DNA from: Escherichia coli
GTDB lineage: Bacteria; Pseudomonadota; Gammaproteobacteria; Enterobacterales; Enterobacteriaceae
Assembly (NCBI RefSeq): GCF_965641715.1
Contig: NZ_OZ282453.1
Reading direction: 5' to 3' (one strand)
DNA: 64,000 nt
Positions 18,350-32,774 of the stretch are shown here, piece after piece. A program made the translations under genes and the position numbers. The notes beneath the pieces were generated by a model. That model worked only from the letters and a program-made list of their open reading frames with translations, was not told the DNA's origin and made no database searches. Position 1 is the stretch's first letter; every line of letters starts with the position of its first letter.

Positions 18350-19555
18350 TCACGGCTCCAGCGGATTACCGCCACCAGCCAATATCTGGTCGATGGCGTC
18401 GCTGTAGTCCTGCATCATGGCCCGCCGTTGCTTCAGATAGGCCGCCTGGTTATAAACGCCGCGCACACCTTTCGGAACGTGGGCCAGTTGGATTTCGATC
18501 CAGTCTGGTGAGTATCTGCCGTACTCGTTAAGTGCGGTTGAAAAGGTGGTTCGCCAGCCGTGACCAGTGGCTATCGACTTGTATCCGATACGCTCCAGGG
18601 CTTTAAGGATGGCACTGGCTGAAAGTGGCTTATCCATGAATCGACCAGGGAACACAAAAGCACTGTATCCGCTGCGGGTAAACTGGTCCTGTAATAGCTC
18701 GACCGCCTGCCGGGATAGCGGGACCACATGCGGGCGGCGGGCCTTCATGACTTCAGCGGGTAGGGTGATGGTTGCCGATTCCAGATCTACCCACTCCCAG
18801 CGCATTAAACGCAGTTCTGCGGTCCTTAGGGCGCTTAATATAAGCAAACGTATTGCCGTCTGAATCTGAACGCTCCCGGCTCTCTCAAGGGCTTTGTAGA
18901 AGGCCGGGATTTCGTTAATTTGTATCCATGCGTTATGGCCTGGGCGTCGGGCTTTCAATGCCGTGTCCAGATCTGCAACCGGATTTCGGTTAACCAGTTC
19001 AGTGATAACGGCAAATTTGAAGATTTCCCCTATACGCTGCCGTAATTTTCGGGCCTGTTCCGGCGCGGTGCGCTCTTTCTTCTGAAGCAATGCCAGCACG
19101 TCACGGGCCGTTATATCGACAATCGACCGCTTGCCAAGTACCGGATAAACATCTTTCTCCAGTGCCGATCTAACTTGTTTCGTGTAAGACTCAGACCAAC
19201 CGCTCACTCTGGTAGCAAACCAGTCTTCCGCTACCGTCTTAAAACTTGCCGCCATGTTGAGCGCATCAATGGCTTTCTCCTTGCGCGCTTCTTCCATTGG
19301 GTCAATTCCCTGGGCGATGAGTAAACGGCTCTCTGTGGCGCGTTTACGTGCTTCCTTCAAGGTAATCAGCGGATATACCCCAATAGCCTGTAACCGCTCT
19401 TTCTTGTCTATCCAGTACCGGAATCGCCAGTATTTGCTGCCATTGGGATGTACCAGCAAGAACAGGCCAGGTGTCTGTGAATCGGTGAGTTTGTAGGGCT
19501 TGTCCTTCGGCTGGGCGGCCTCTATGCCCTTTGCTGTCAGTGGTGTCTTGCTCAA
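18350..19555 (-). CDS. Tyrosine-type site-specific integrase, P4-like family (401 aa, TTG start)
   Basis: Translation ...GLFLLVHPNGSKYWRFRYWIDKKERLQAIGVYP... typical N-terminal arm-binding region of P4-type integrases; located at island edge. Confidence 0.85.
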   Translation of the reverse strand: MSKTPLTAKGIEAAQPKDKPYKLTDSQTPGLFLLVHPNGSKYWRFRYWIDKKERLQAIGVYPLITLKEARKRATESRLLIAQGIDPMEEARKEKAIDALNMAASFKTVAEDWFATRVSGWSESYTKQVRSALEKDVYPVLGKRSIVDITARDVLALLQKKERTAPEQARKLRQRIGEIFKFAVITELVNRNPVADLDTALKARRPGHNAWIQINEIPAFYKALERAGSVQIQTAIRLLILSALRTAELRLMRWEWVDLESATITLPAEVMKARRPHVVPLSRQAVELLQDQFTRSGYSAFVFPGRFMDKPLSASAILKALERIGYKSIATGHGWRTTFSTALNEYGRYSPDWIEIQLAHVPKGVRGVYNQAAYLKQRRAMMQDYSDAIDQILAGGGNPLEP

Positions 19556-19743
19556 AACCGGATACCTCGATCTAACGACTCGATAACCCCGCTCATGTAT
19601 CCGTCGCGTTCGGTTGCGTTCGGCAGGATAAGTAACGGGCGTATTAAGTGGAACACCTTACAGGACAAGGGATAACGATGAAATAGAATTGTTCGAATGC
19701 TGTGAAAAATGTTACTCATCACTTCTTCCTGAGGGAACGACTT

Positions 19744-21105
19744 ATGAAACTAAAGACCACATTGTTCGGCAATGTATATCAGTTTAAGGATGTAAAAGAG
19801 GTGCTGGCTAAAGCCAACGAACTGCGTTCGGGGGATGTGCTGGCGGGCGTCGCAGCGGCAAGCTCACAGGAGCGCGTGGCGGCAAAGCAGGTGTTGTCGG
19901 AAATGACCGTAGCGGACATCCGCAATAATCCGGTGATTGCCTATGAAGATGACTGCGTGACGCGGCTGATTCAGGACGATGTTAACGAAACGGCCTACAA
20001 CCAGATTAAAAACTGGAGCATCAGCGAACTGCGTGAGTATGTGCTGAGCGATGAAACCAGCGTGGACGACATTGCCTTTACCCGCAAAGGGCTGACCTCG
20101 GAAGTGGTCGCGGCGGTAGCGAAGATTTGCTCCAACGCGGACCTGATCTACGGCGCGAAGAAAATGCCGGTAATCAAAAAGGCCAATACCACCATCGGTA
20201 TTCCGGGCACCTTTAGCGCCCGTTTGCAGCCAAATGACACCCGTGACGACGTGCAAAGTATCGCCGCGCAAATCTACGAAGGGCTTTCCTTCGGGGTGGG
20301 CGATGCGGTGATCGGCGTCAACCCGGTAACTGACGATGTGGAAAACTTAAGCCGCGTGCTGGATACCATTTATGGCGTGATCGACAAATTCAACATCCCA
20401 ACTCAGGGCTGCGTACTGGCGCACGTCACCACCCAGATCGAAGCGATTCGTCGCGGCGCGCCTGGCGGACTGATTTTCCAGAGTATCTGTGGCAGCGAAA
20501 AAGGGCTGAAAGAGTTTGGCGTGGAACTGGCGATGCTCGACGAAGCGCGCGCAGTGGGCGCAGAGTTCAACCGTATCGCCGGGGAAAACTGCCTCTACTT
20601 CGAAACCGGACAAGGCTCTGCGCTATCCGCTGGCGCTAACTTCGGCGCTGACCAGGTGACGATGGAAGCACGTAACTATGGGCTGGCGCGTCATTACGAT
20701 CCGTTTATCGTCAACACCGTGGTCGGTTTTATTGGGCCGGAGTATCTCTACAACGACCGCCAGATTATCCGTGCTGGCTTAGAAGATCACTTTATGGGCA
20801 AGCTGAGCGGCATCTCTATGGGCTGTGACTGCTGTTACACCAACCACGCTGACGCTGACCAGAACCTCAACGAAAACCTGATGATCCTGCTCGCCACCGC
20901 AGGCTGCAACTACATCATGGGGATGCCGTTGGGCGATGACATCATGCTCAACTACCAGACCACCGCCTTCCACGACACTGCCACTGTGCGTCAGTTACTC
21001 AACCTGCGCCCGTCACCGGAGTTTGAACGCTGGCTGGAAAGCATGGGCATTATGGCAAACGGTCGCCTGACCAAACGGGCGGGCGATCCGTCACTGTTCT
21101 TCTGA
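19744..21105 (+). CDS. eutB: Ethanolamine ammonia-lyase large subunit EutB (453 aa)
   Basis: Translation recognised; start at ATG 19744 (MKLKTTLFG...). Confidence 0.9.
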   Translation: MKLKTTLFGNVYQFKDVKEVLAKANELRSGDVLAGVAAASSQERVAAKQVLSEMTVADIRNNPVIAYEDDCVTRLIQDDVNETAYNQIKNWSISELREYVLSDETSVDDIAFTRKGLTSEVVAAVAKICSNADLIYGAKKMPVIKKANTTIGIPGTFSARLQPNDTRDDVQSIAAQIYEGLSFGVGDAVIGVNPVTDDVENLSRVLDTIYGVIDKFNIPTQGCVLAHVTTQIEAIRRGAPGGLIFQSICGSEKGLKEFGVELAMLDEARAVGAEFNRIAGENCLYFETGQGSALSAGANFGADQVTMEARNYGLARHYDPFIVNTVVGFIGPEYLYNDRQIIRAGLEDHFMGKLSGISMGCDCCYTNHADADQNLNENLMILLATAGCNYIMGMPLGDDIMLNYQTTAFHDTATVRQLLNLRPSPEFERWLESMGIMANGRLTKRAGDPSLFF

Positions 21106-21125
21106 TGACGCGGAGATAACACATC

Positions 21126-22013
21126 ATGGATCAAAAACAGATTGAAGAAATTGTACGCAGCGTGATGGCGTCAATGGGACAAGTGGCCCCCGCGCCGTCA
21201 GAAGCAAAGTGCGCCACCACCAACTGTGCGGCACCGGTGACCTCGGAAAGCTGCGCGCTGGATTTAGGTTCTGCGGAAGCAAAAGCGTGGATTGGTGTTG
21301 AAAACCCACATCGTGCGGATGTGTTAACAGAACTGCGTCGCAGCACCGTGGCCCGCGTTTGTACCGGTCGTGCCGGTCCGCGTCCGCGTACCCAGGCGCT
21401 GCTGCGTTTCCTGGCCGATCACTCTCGTTCGAAAGATACCGTACTTAAAGAAGTGCCGGAAGAGTGGGTGAAAGCGCAGGGCTTGCTGGAAGTACGCTCT
21501 GAAATTAGCGACAAAAATCTCTACCTGACTCGCCCGGATATGGGCCGCCGCCTGTGTGCAGAAGCTGTTGAAGCGCTGAAAGCGCAGTGTGTTGCCAATC
21601 CGGACGTGCAGGTCGTTATTTCTGATGGCCTGTCAACTGATGCCATCACTGTGAACTACGAAGAGATCCTGCCACCGCTGATGGCGGGCCTGAAACAGGC
21701 CGGGCTGAAAGTCGGTACACCATTCTTTGTTCGTTATGGTCGCGTGAAGATTGAAGATCAGATCGGTGAGATCCTCGGCGCGAAAGTGGTGATCCTGCTG
21801 GTGGGGGAACGTCCGGGGTTAGGGCAGTCAGAAAGCCTCTCCTGCTACGCCGTTTACTCGCCGCGTATGGCGACCACCGTTGAGGCCGATCGCACCTGCA
21901 TCTCTAACATTCACCAGGGCGGCACGCCGCCGGTTGAAGCCGCAGCCGTCATTGTGGATTTGGCGAAACGTATGCTGGAGCAGAAAGCATCCGGCATCAA
22001 CATGACCCGATAA
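21126..22013 (+). CDS. eutC: Ethanolamine ammonia-lyase small subunit EutC (295 aa)
   Basis: Translation and position. Confidence 0.9.
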   Translation: MDQKQIEEIVRSVMASMGQVAPAPSEAKCATTNCAAPVTSESCALDLGSAEAKAWIGVENPHRADVLTELRRSTVARVCTGRAGPRPRTQALLRFLADHSRSKDTVLKEVPEEWVKAQGLLEVRSEISDKNLYLTRPDMGRRLCAEAVEALKAQCVANPDVQVVISDGLSTDAITVNYEEILPPLMAGLKQAGLKVGTPFFVRYGRVKIEDQIGEILGAKVVILLVGERPGLGQSESLSCYAVYSPRMATTVEADRTCISNIHQGGTPPVEAAAVIVDLAKRMLEQKASGINMTR

Positions 22014-22022
22014 GGAGGCATC

Positions 22023-22682
22023 ATGCCAGCTTTAGATTTGATTCGACCGTCGGTAACCGCCATGCGGGTGATTGCCTCCGTTAACGCCGAATTTGCGCGT
22101 GAACTGAAATTGCCGCCGCATATTCGTAGCCTCGGGCTGATTTCTGCTGATTCCGATGACGTCACCTACATTGCCGCTGATGAAGCGACCAAGCAGGCGA
22201 TGGTGGAAGTTGTGTATGGCCGCTCGCTGTATGCGGGCGCTGCACACGGCCCGTCACCGACTGCCGGTGAAGTGCTGATTATGCTTGGTGGGCCAAACCC
22301 GGCGGAAGTGCGTGCAGGTCTGGATGCAATGGTTGCGCATATTGAAAATGGCGCTGCTTTCCAGTGGGCTAATGATGCGCAAGATACGGCATTCCTGGCA
22401 CATGTAGTTTCGCGTACCGGTTCTTATCTCTCATCAACCGCCGGGATCACGCTTGGCGATCCGATGGCGTATCTGGTGGCACCGCCGCTGGAAGCGACCT
22501 ACGGCATTGATGCAGCGTTGAAATCTGCCGACGTACAGCTGGTGACCTATGTCCCGCCACCGTCTGAAACTAACTACTCGGCAGCATTTTTAACCGGTAG
22601 CCAGGCAGCGTGTAAAGCGGCCTGTAACGCCTTTACCGATGCAGTGCTGGAAATCGCGCGTAATCCAATCCAGCGTGCGTAA
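22023..22682 (+). CDS. eutL: Microcompartment shell protein EutL (219 aa)
   Basis: Tandem-BMC shell protein translation. Confidence 0.9.
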   Translation: MPALDLIRPSVTAMRVIASVNAEFARELKLPPHIRSLGLISADSDDVTYIAADEATKQAMVEVVYGRSLYAGAAHGPSPTAGEVLIMLGGPNPAEVRAGLDAMVAHIENGAAFQWANDAQDTAFLAHVVSRTGSYLSSTAGITLGDPMAYLVAPPLEATYGIDAALKSADVQLVTYVPPPSETNYSAAFLTGSQAACKAACNAFTDAVLEIARNPIQRA

Positions 22683-22694
22683 TGGAGGTTGCCG

Positions 22695-23195
22695 ATGATC
22701 AATGCACTGGGATTGCTGGAAGTGGACGGCATGGTCGCTGCGATAGATGCAGCGGATGCCATGCTCAAAGCAGCTAACGTTCGTCTGCTCAGTCACGAAG
22801 TGCTTGACCCTGGTCGCTTAACGCTGGTGGTGGAAGGCGATCTGGCGGCGTGTCGTGCTGCGCTGGACGCAGGTTGTGCTGCCGCGATGCGTACCGGGCG
22901 TGTCATCAGCCGTAAGGAGATCGGTCGGCCAGACGATGACACCCAGTGGCTGGTTACTGGCTTTAACCGCCAGCCGAAGCAACCCGTAAAGGAACCCGAC
23001 GCGCCAGTTATCGTCGTGGAATCTGCTGACGAGTTGTTGGCGCTGTTAACATCAGTACGTCAGGGAATGACGGCAGGAGAAGTGGCTGCCCACTTTGGCT
23101 GGCCGCTGGAAAAAGCCAGAAATGCGCTCGAACAGCTCTTTTCTGCCGGGACGTTACGTAAACGCAGTAGTCGTTACCGTCTCAAGCCCCATTAA
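22695..23195 (+). CDS. eutK: Microcompartment shell protein EutK (166 aa)
   Basis: BMC domain plus C-terminal extension; GGAGG RBS before ATG 22695. Confidence 0.88.
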   Translation: MINALGLLEVDGMVAAIDAADAMLKAANVRLLSHEVLDPGRLTLVVEGDLAACRAALDAGCAAAMRTGRVISRKEIGRPDDDTQWLVTGFNRQPKQPVKEPDAPVIVVESADELLALLTSVRQGMTAGEVAAHFGWPLEKARNALEQLFSAGTLRKRSSRYRLKPH

Positions 23196-23240
23196 CCTGT
23201 CGGAGGTGCCGGGTGTCCTACAACACCCGGCATTAACATC

Positions 23241-24293
23241 ATGAAAAAGACCCGTACAGCCAATTTGCACCATCTTTATCATGAACCCTTACCCGAAAAC
23301 CTGAAGCTCACGCCGAAGGTCGAAGTGGATAATGTTCATCAACGACAGACAACGGATGTCTATGAACATGCTTTGACAATTACCGCCTGGCAGCAGATTT
23401 ACGATCAGCTGCATCCGGGCAAGTTTCATGGTGAATTTACGGAAATTCTACTCGATGATATTCAGGTTTTTCGTGAATACACCGGTCTGGCGCTGCGTCA
23501 GTCGTGCCTGGTCTGGCCGAACTCGTTCTGGTTTGGCATTCCGGCGACGCGCGGTGAGCAGGGATTTATCGGTTCGCAATGTCTGGGAAGCGCAGAAATT
23601 GCGACGCGCCCGGGTGGAACCGAGTTTGAATTAAGTACGCCGGACGATTACACGATCCTGGGCGTAGTGCTTTCTGAAGATGTCATCACTCGTCAGGCTA
23701 ACTTTTTGCATAATCCGGATCGGGTATTACATATGCTGCGTAGCCAGTCGGCGCTGGAAGTGAAAGAGCAGCATAAAGCCGCTCTGTGGGGCTTTGTCCA
23801 ACAGGCGCTGGCGACATTTTGCGAGAACCCGGAAAATCTTCATCAGCCTGCTGTGCGTAAAGTGCTGGGGGATAATTTGCTCATGGCGATGGGGGCGATG
23901 CTGGAAGAAGCGCAGCCAATGGTGACGGCGGAAAGCATCAGTCATCAGAGTTACCGTCGATTGCTTTCCCGCGCCCGTGAATATGTGCTGGAAAACATGT
24001 CCGAACCAGTGACGGTGCTGGAGTTGTGCAATCAATTGCACGTCAGCCGCCGCACGCTACAAAACGCATTTCACGCCATTTTGGGCATTGGTCCGAACGC
24101 GTGGCTGAAACGTATTCGCCTGAACGCCGTGCGCCGCGAATTGATAAGTCCGTGGTCACAAAGCACAACGGTAAAAGACGCCGCCATGCAGTGGGGATTC
24201 TGGCATCTTGGGCAATTTGCCACGGATTATCAGCAACTGTTTGCCGAGAAGCCGTCACTGACGCTGCATCAGCGGATGCGGGAGTGGGGGTGA
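23241..24293 (+). CDS. eutR: AraC-family transcriptional activator EutR (350 aa)
   Basis: AraC-type C-terminal HTH; position at end of eut operon. Confidence 0.9.
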   Translation: MKKTRTANLHHLYHEPLPENLKLTPKVEVDNVHQRQTTDVYEHALTITAWQQIYDQLHPGKFHGEFTEILLDDIQVFREYTGLALRQSCLVWPNSFWFGIPATRGEQGFIGSQCLGSAEIATRPGGTEFELSTPDDYTILGVVLSEDVITRQANFLHNPDRVLHMLRSQSALEVKEQHKAALWGFVQQALATFCENPENLHQPAVRKVLGDNLLMAMGAMLEEAQPMVTAESISHQSYRRLLSRAREYVLENMSEPVTVLELCNQLHVSRRTLQNAFHAILGIGPNAWLKRIRLNAVRRELISPWSQSTTVKDAAMQWGFWHLGQFATDYQQLFAEKPSLTLHQRMREWG

Positions 24294-24298
24294 GGGAG

Positions 24299-25201
<903 letters not shown>

Positions 25202-26071
25202 TTACCGCTTTCTCGAGTGTGCTTTCTGGTTGTCAAACCAGTGGAAATAACTGATCACGCCTTCGGCAATCGCTGTGGCGATTTTCTGGCGAAACGCCGC
25301 CGTGCCTAACAGCCGCTCTTCTTCCGGGTTGGTGATAAACGAGGTTTCCACCAGCACCGACGGAACCGACGGCGATTTCAACACCACAAACGCGGCTTGT
25401 TCGGTGTTGCGGCTGTGCAGTTTATGCACCGGCTTAATCTTTTTCAGAATATGCGAGCCGAGCGTCAGGCTGTTTTTAATAGTATCGGTTTGCACCAGAT
25501 CAAACAGCACTTGCTGCAATAGGTGATCCTTGTCAGTCGCCTTTTTACCGGCAACTTCATCGGCGCGGTTTTCGCGTTCAGACAGGTATTTCGCCATTGC
25601 GCTACTTGCCCCACGGTTAGAGAGGGCAAATACCGAAGCACCGGCAGCTTTCGGGTTGGTAAAGCCATCGGCATGAATTGACATAAACAGATCTGCGCCA
25701 TGTTTATGGGCGATTTCAACGCGATCGTAAAGTGGGATAAACGTATCGCCAGAACGCGTTAAACGCGCATCAATCCCATGATTACGCAAAATGGAACGGA
25801 CGTTTTTAGCAATCGCCAGCACCACATGTTTTTCTTTCGAACCGTTGCGTCCGATCGCTCCGGTATCAATTCCGCCGTGGCCTGGATCGAGAACAACGAC
25901 ACGTTTGCCGCCAGATTTTTTGGCTTTCGGCTTGCTGTGTCCGTTGCTGGTTTTTAAAGGTTCGTCTTTGGCGATGGCTTGCGACATTCCTGACAACGTC
26001 AGGGCAGCCAAACCGGCTTTCAGCACCTGGCGGCGCGAAGTGAGTGTTTTTAGTGGTTTAAAAGTGCTCAT
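25202..26071 (-). CDS. amiA: N-acetylmuramoyl-L-alanine amidase AmiA (289 aa, Tat-type signal)
   Basis: Translation with RR-containing signal peptide and amidase_3 features. Confidence 0.9.
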   Translation of the reverse strand: MSTFKPLKTLTSRRQVLKAGLAALTLSGMSQAIAKDEPLKTSNGHSKPKAKKSGGKRVVVLDPGHGGIDTGAIGRNGSKEKHVVLAIAKNVRSILRNHGIDARLTRSGDTFIPLYDRVEIAHKHGADLFMSIHADGFTNPKAAGASVFALSNRGASSAMAKYLSERENRADEVAGKKATDKDHLLQQVLFDLVQTDTIKNSLTLGSHILKKIKPVHKLHSRNTEQAAFVVLKSPSVPSVLVETSFITNPEEERLLGTAAFRQKIATAIAEGVISYFHWFDNQKAHSRKR

Positions 26072-26284
26072 ACGGCCTGAGTTGTAATAATAAAGTTCCA
26101 GATGTTATATCGTATCGCGTAATCCGTTACGACGGTTTGATGTTGAGAATTGTTTTACTTTTCATTTCAATAGTTGACAACTCCCCATTATGCCACTTTT
26201 TCAACCGATTTTCGTCAGATATTGGCTAATTCGACCGTTCACGCCATAATCAGCCTTTTAACCCGCAAAAAGGTAACGAATACC

Positions 26285-26710
26285 ATGGAGATACGCGTAT
26301 TTCGCCAGGAAGATTTCGAAGAGGTCATCACCCTTTGGGAGCGTTGCGACTTGCTGCGTCCGTGGAACGATCCGGAAATGGACATCGAGCGTAAGATGAA
26401 CCATGACGTCAGTTTGTTTTTGGTCGCTGAGGTAAACGGTGAAGTGGTCGGAACGGTGATGGGCGGTTATGACGGGCATCGCGGGTCTGCTTATTATCTT
26501 GGCGTGCATCCAGAGTTTCGTGGGCGTGGGATTGCCAATGCGTTGCTTAATCGGCTGGAGAAAAAGCTGATTGCTCGTGGCTGCCCGAAAATTCAGATCA
26601 ATGTGCCGGAAGATAACGACATGGTGCTCGGAATGTATGAACGCCTGGGATATGAACACGCCGACGTGCTGAGTCTGGGTAAGCGTTTGATTGAAGATGA
26701 AGAGTACTGA
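26285..26710 (+). CDS. ypeA: GNAT-family acetyltransferase YpeA (141 aa)
   Basis: Translation from internal ATG 26285 ([11 protein letters not shown]...). Confidence 0.85.
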
Positions 26711-27146
26711 GTTCCATCCTGTCCATTATGATGCGCACGGACGCCTGCGTTTACCCTTGCTCTTCTGGCTTGTGCTATTGCTTCAGGCGCGAACCTGGGT
26801 GCTGTTTGTCATTGCCGGTGCGTCGCGCGAGCAGGGTACTGCGCTGCTAAATCTGTTTTATCCCGATCACGATAATTTCTGGCTGGGGCTGATTCCAGGC
26901 ATTCCGGCGGTGCTGGCGTTTTTGTTGAGCGGTCGGCGGGCTACATTTCCTCGCACTTGGCATGTGCTCTATTTTCTGTTGCTGTTGGCGCAGGTGGTTT
27001 TACTTTGCTGGCAACCGTGGCTGTGGCTGAACGGTGAATCCGTTAGCGGTATCGGTCTGGCGCTGGTAGTGGCGGATATTGTGGCGTTAATCTGGCTGCT
27101 GACCAATCGACGTTTACGCGCTTGTTTTAATGAAGAAAAAGAATAA
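26697..27146 (+). CDS. yfeZ: Inner membrane protein YfeZ (149 aa)
   Basis: Hydrophobic translation; synteny. Confidence 0.8.
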
Positions 27147-27167
27147 CGCAGAGGTGCGCTTTGTTTA

Positions 27168-27266
27168 TGCCGGATGCGGCGTGAACGCCTTATCCGGCCT
27201 ACAAAACATCGAAAATTCAATATATTGCAGGAGAAAGTAGGCCTGATAAGCGTAGCGCATCAGGCA
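27168..27266. repeat. REP/BIME elements in yfeZ-yfeY spacer
   Basis: gccggatgcggcgtgaacgccttatccggcctac and taggcctgataagcgtagcgcatcaggc motifs. Confidence 0.65.
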
Positions 27267-27352
27267 ATTTTGTGTTTGTCATCAACCTTTAACGGCACTT
27301 TTTGGTGAATTTGCACTCCAAGCAACGTTATTGAATAACCAAAGGAAGTGAC

Positions 27353-27928
27353 ATGAAATCGCTGCGTTTAATGTTATGCGCTATGCCGTTGATGCTGACC
27401 GGCTGTTCCACGATGTCGTCAGTTAACTGGTCGGCCGCTAACCCGTGGAACTGGTTTGGGTCGTCCACCAAAGTGAGCGAGCAGGGCGTGGGTGAATTAA
27501 CGGCGTCCACACCACTGCAAGAACAAGCCATTGCTGATGCGCTTGATGGCGATTATCGCCTGCGCAGCGGAATGAAAACCGCGAACGGCAACGTGGTGCG
27601 CTTTTTTGAAGTGATGAAAGGCGACAACGTGGCGATGGTGATTAACGGTGATCAGGGCACGATCAGCCGCATTGATGTGCTGGATAGCGATATTCCAGCT
27701 GACACCGGTGTTAAAATCGGTACACCGTTTAGCGGCCTTTACAGCAAAGCATTTGGCAATTGCCAAAAAGCCGACGGTGATGATAATCGTGCTGTCGAAT
27801 GTAAAGCCGAAGGCAGTCAACATATTAGCTACCAGTTCAGCGGGGAATGGAGTGGCCCTGAAGGGTTAATGCCTTCGGACGATACCCTGAAAAACTGGAA
27901 AGTCAGTAAAATTATCTGGCGGCGTTAA
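27353..27928 (+). CDS. yfeY: Lipoprotein YfeY (191 aa)
   Basis: Signal peptide with lipobox LTGC; synteny. Confidence 0.85.
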   Translation: MKSLRLMLCAMPLMLTGCSTMSSVNWSAANPWNWFGSSTKVSEQGVGELTASTPLQEQAIADALDGDYRLRSGMKTANGNVVRFFEVMKGDNVAMVINGDQGTISRIDVLDSDIPADTGVKIGTPFSGLYSKAFGNCQKADGDDNRAVECKAEGSQHISYQFSGEWSGPEGLMPSDDTLKNWKVSKIIWRR

Positions 27929-27939
27929 TTTGCGTCTGA

Positions 27940-28923
<984 letters not shown>

Positions 28924-28980
28924 GCGTTTCTGATTCATTGATTAAAGGCCAGCCAGTAACACAACTGACTGGCCTTTTTA

Positions 28981-30282
28981 TTACTGCTTTAACGCCGCAT
29001 ACACTTGATCAACTACCCAACCATAAGTTGCAATCGGCAACTGACCGCTTTCGAACATATTGGGATTTTTGTGTGGATCGGCAACTGGCGAATGTGGCTT
29101 GTTGCTTAACATCACAATCGCCATATGATTCACCGGATCGATAACGGTCACCGTCCCGGTCCAGCCAGTGTGACCGTAGGTTTGCGGGCTTGCCAGCGTG
29201 CCAAACGTCGGCGTCATGGTGGCATTACCATTCACGCGCCAGCCAAGGCCAAAAGTGGCATCTTCCTTAGAGCTGGTGGTGAACATCTTCACCGTTTCCG
29301 CACTGAACAGCTGCACATCACCATAGCCACCGCCGTTCAGCATCGTTTGCATTAACACCGCAATATCGCCGGTATTGGAAAACAAACCTGCGTGCCCGGA
29401 AACACCGCCCATCGAATAAAAGGCTTTTTCATCGTGCACCTGACCCCAGAGAGTGGAGGTGCGGATATTCGGGAAATGGATCACGCCATCGCGGGTATTG
29501 CCGTTCAGTTCCGTGGCGGCAATTTGCTGTGGTTTAAAGCCTTTCAGCAGCGGATTAAATACCGTGTGCGTCAGGCCGAGCGGGCGATAAATCGACTCTT
29601 CAACATAGCGGTCAAGTGGCTGACCGGTAACCGACTCGACGATAAATCCAAGCAGCATATAATCGACATCGCTGTAGATATGCTTGCTGCCGGGCTGATA
29701 CTCCAGCGGCGTGCGCTTGATCATCTCCAGCGTCTGGCCTTTATCCTGGGAATATAACGCGCCCGCGACCGCTTTATTCGGATATTGTGGGTCCGCCGGG
29801 AAACCGCCGCTGTGATGCAGCAGATCAGAAATCCGCAACGTGTTTTTGCCTTTAATGGTGTCATTTGGGTTATCGGCAAATCCCGGAATATATTTCGCAA
29901 TCCGATCGTCAGGATGCAGCTTGCCTTCGCTCATTAGCTTTTGCAGAGCAAAGTTAGTGGCGTACATTTTGGTGTTTGAGGCCAGATCATACAGCGTCCC
30001 GGTGGTGGCTTTTACAGGCTGCGCCATTAACGTGCTGCCATCGTACTTTTTCGCCGCGCCCCAGGCTTTGCGATAAACAATCTGATTATCTTTTATAATC
30101 AGCAGGTTTACGCCGGGATAACCGGCGTCCACTTGCTGGCTTATCCAGCGATCCATCTGATTAAGCCGTTCGACGTTAAACCCTGCTTTCTCTGGCGAAC
30201 TTTCTGTCAGAACAGGGTATTTTGCGGCGCTGACGCTACAGCTGACAGCCAGCAGAGAAAGATAGAGCATTGTCCGTTTCAT
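28981..30282 (-). CDS. yfeW: Penicillin-binding protein 4B / beta-lactamase-fold DD-peptidase YfeW
   Basis: Signal peptide plus serine beta-lactamase-like translation; start chosen at MKRTMLY. Confidence 0.8.
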   Translation of the reverse strand: MKRTMLYLSLLAVSCSVSAAKYPVLTESSPEKAGFNVERLNQMDRWISQQVDAGYPGVNLLIIKDNQIVYRKAWGAAKKYDGSTLMAQPVKATTGTLYDLASNTKMYATNFALQKLMSEGKLHPDDRIAKYIPGFADNPNDTIKGKNTLRISDLLHHSGGFPADPQYPNKAVAGALYSQDKGQTLEMIKRTPLEYQPGSKHIYSDVDYMLLGFIVESVTGQPLDRYVEESIYRPLGLTHTVFNPLLKGFKPQQIAATELNGNTRDGVIHFPNIRTSTLWGQVHDEKAFYSMGGVSGHAGLFSNTGDIAVLMQTMLNGGGYGDVQLFSAETVKMFTTSSKEDATFGLGWRVNGNATMTPTFGTLASPQTYGHTGWTGTVTVIDPVNHMAIVMLSNKPHSPVADPHKNPNMFESGQLPIATYGWVVDQVYAALKQ

Positions 30283-30286
30283 ATTA

Positions 30287-31711
<1,425 letters not shown>

Positions 31712-31714
31712 GGG

Positions 31715-32611
31715 TTATTCCTTGTCTAAAACCTGACGAATAAAGCCGCCGTGTTGATCCAGGCGTTTTTTAGCTTCTGCGGCATCGAGATTTTTCAGCA
31801 CCATCACAATGGCCGTTTTACAGTTGCGCTCGCAGGCAATTAACGCTGTTTCCGCTTGTTCGGCATTACATCCGGTGGCGTTTTTAACGATATTGACCTG
31901 GCGCACATGCAGTTTTTCGTTGGTGGCGACCACATCGACCATCAGGTTGCCGAACACTTTGCCGGATTTAATCATCAGCCCGGTGGAGAGCATATTGAGC
32001 ACCAGTTTCTGCGCTGTGCCTGCTTTCATTCGCGAAGAACCGGTAACCACTTCGGCACCTACAATCGGTGTAATGGCAAACTCAGCGGTGGATGAAACGG
32101 CGCTCCCCGGATTACAGGAAATTCCCACTGTGCGGCAGCCGAGCTGGTGTGCGTATTCCAGTCCGGCAATTACATACGGCGTGCGACCACTGGCCGCAAT
32201 GCCAACCACCACATCCTGCGCGGTTAAGCCGATGTTTTTCAGATCGTTAACACCGCCTTCCCGGCTATCTTCAGCGCCTTCCACCGCGTGCTGAATGGCA
32301 TATTCGCCGCCAGCAATTAATCCAACCACCAAACCCGGTTTCACGCCGTAGGTGGGCGGACATTCGCTGGCATCCAGAATCCCCAGACGACCGGATGTTC
32401 CCGCACCGAGATAAATCAGACGACCGCCGCCGCTTACCTGGGCGTGGATAACATCGATCGCCGCGGCGATATCCGGCAGTACGCGCTCAACGGCAAGCGG
32501 TACGGTTTTATCTTCATCGTTGATAATCCGGCACATTTCCAGCGTTGATACGCGGTCAATTTCAGCCGAGGCGGCGTTCGAGCCTTCGGTAATCATCTTT
32601 TCAAGTTGCAT
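31715..32611 (-). CDS. murQ: N-acetylmuramic acid 6-phosphate etherase MurQ (298 aa)
   Basis: SIS-domain translation. Confidence 0.9.
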   Translation of the reverse strand: MQLEKMITEGSNAASAEIDRVSTLEMCRIINDEDKTVPLAVERVLPDIAAAIDVIHAQVSGGGRLIYLGAGTSGRLGILDASECPPTYGVKPGLVVGLIAGGEYAIQHAVEGAEDSREGGVNDLKNIGLTAQDVVVGIAASGRTPYVIAGLEYAHQLGCRTVGISCNPGSAVSSTAEFAITPIVGAEVVTGSSRMKAGTAQKLVLNMLSTGLMIKSGKVFGNLMVDVVATNEKLHVRQVNIVKNATGCNAEQAETALIACERNCKTAIVMVLKNLDAAEAKKRLDQHGGFIRQVLDKE

Positions 32612-32774
32612 CGGTGGTGACCTTACTATTTACGATCAAATAATTGCAGATGTATGGAATCATATATCCCGAATTGACAGACTTAAAGGAATCATTGAGT
32701 CTACACTCGCAGAGTGTGAAGAGCGTCATAAGAACTTAAGCGGAATTTTTGCTGCCAGCCCAGGAGAGTGGAAG

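Larger units (their letters stand above)
8533..19732. mobile_element. Prophage-like integrative island inserted between eutA and eutB (CPZ-55-like position), integrase at right end
   Basis: 11.2 kb between eutA stop and eutB start; integrase gene; all genes antisense to eut; 8-bp perfect direct repeat CTTCCTGA at 8525-8532 and 19725-19732. Confidence 0.7.

Noticed and set aside
8533-19732. Intact inducible prophage
   Set aside because: No terminase, portal, capsid, tail tube/baseplate or lysis genes; only integrase, small regulators, a lone tape-measure-like gene and cargo. Better described as a cryptic or satellite-like island.
19556-19743. tRNA or tmRNA integration target next to the integrase
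   Set aside because: No tRNA-like cloverleaf found in the flanks; the repeat core instead matches the eutA 3' end, so integration appears to be into a protein-coding gene terminus.
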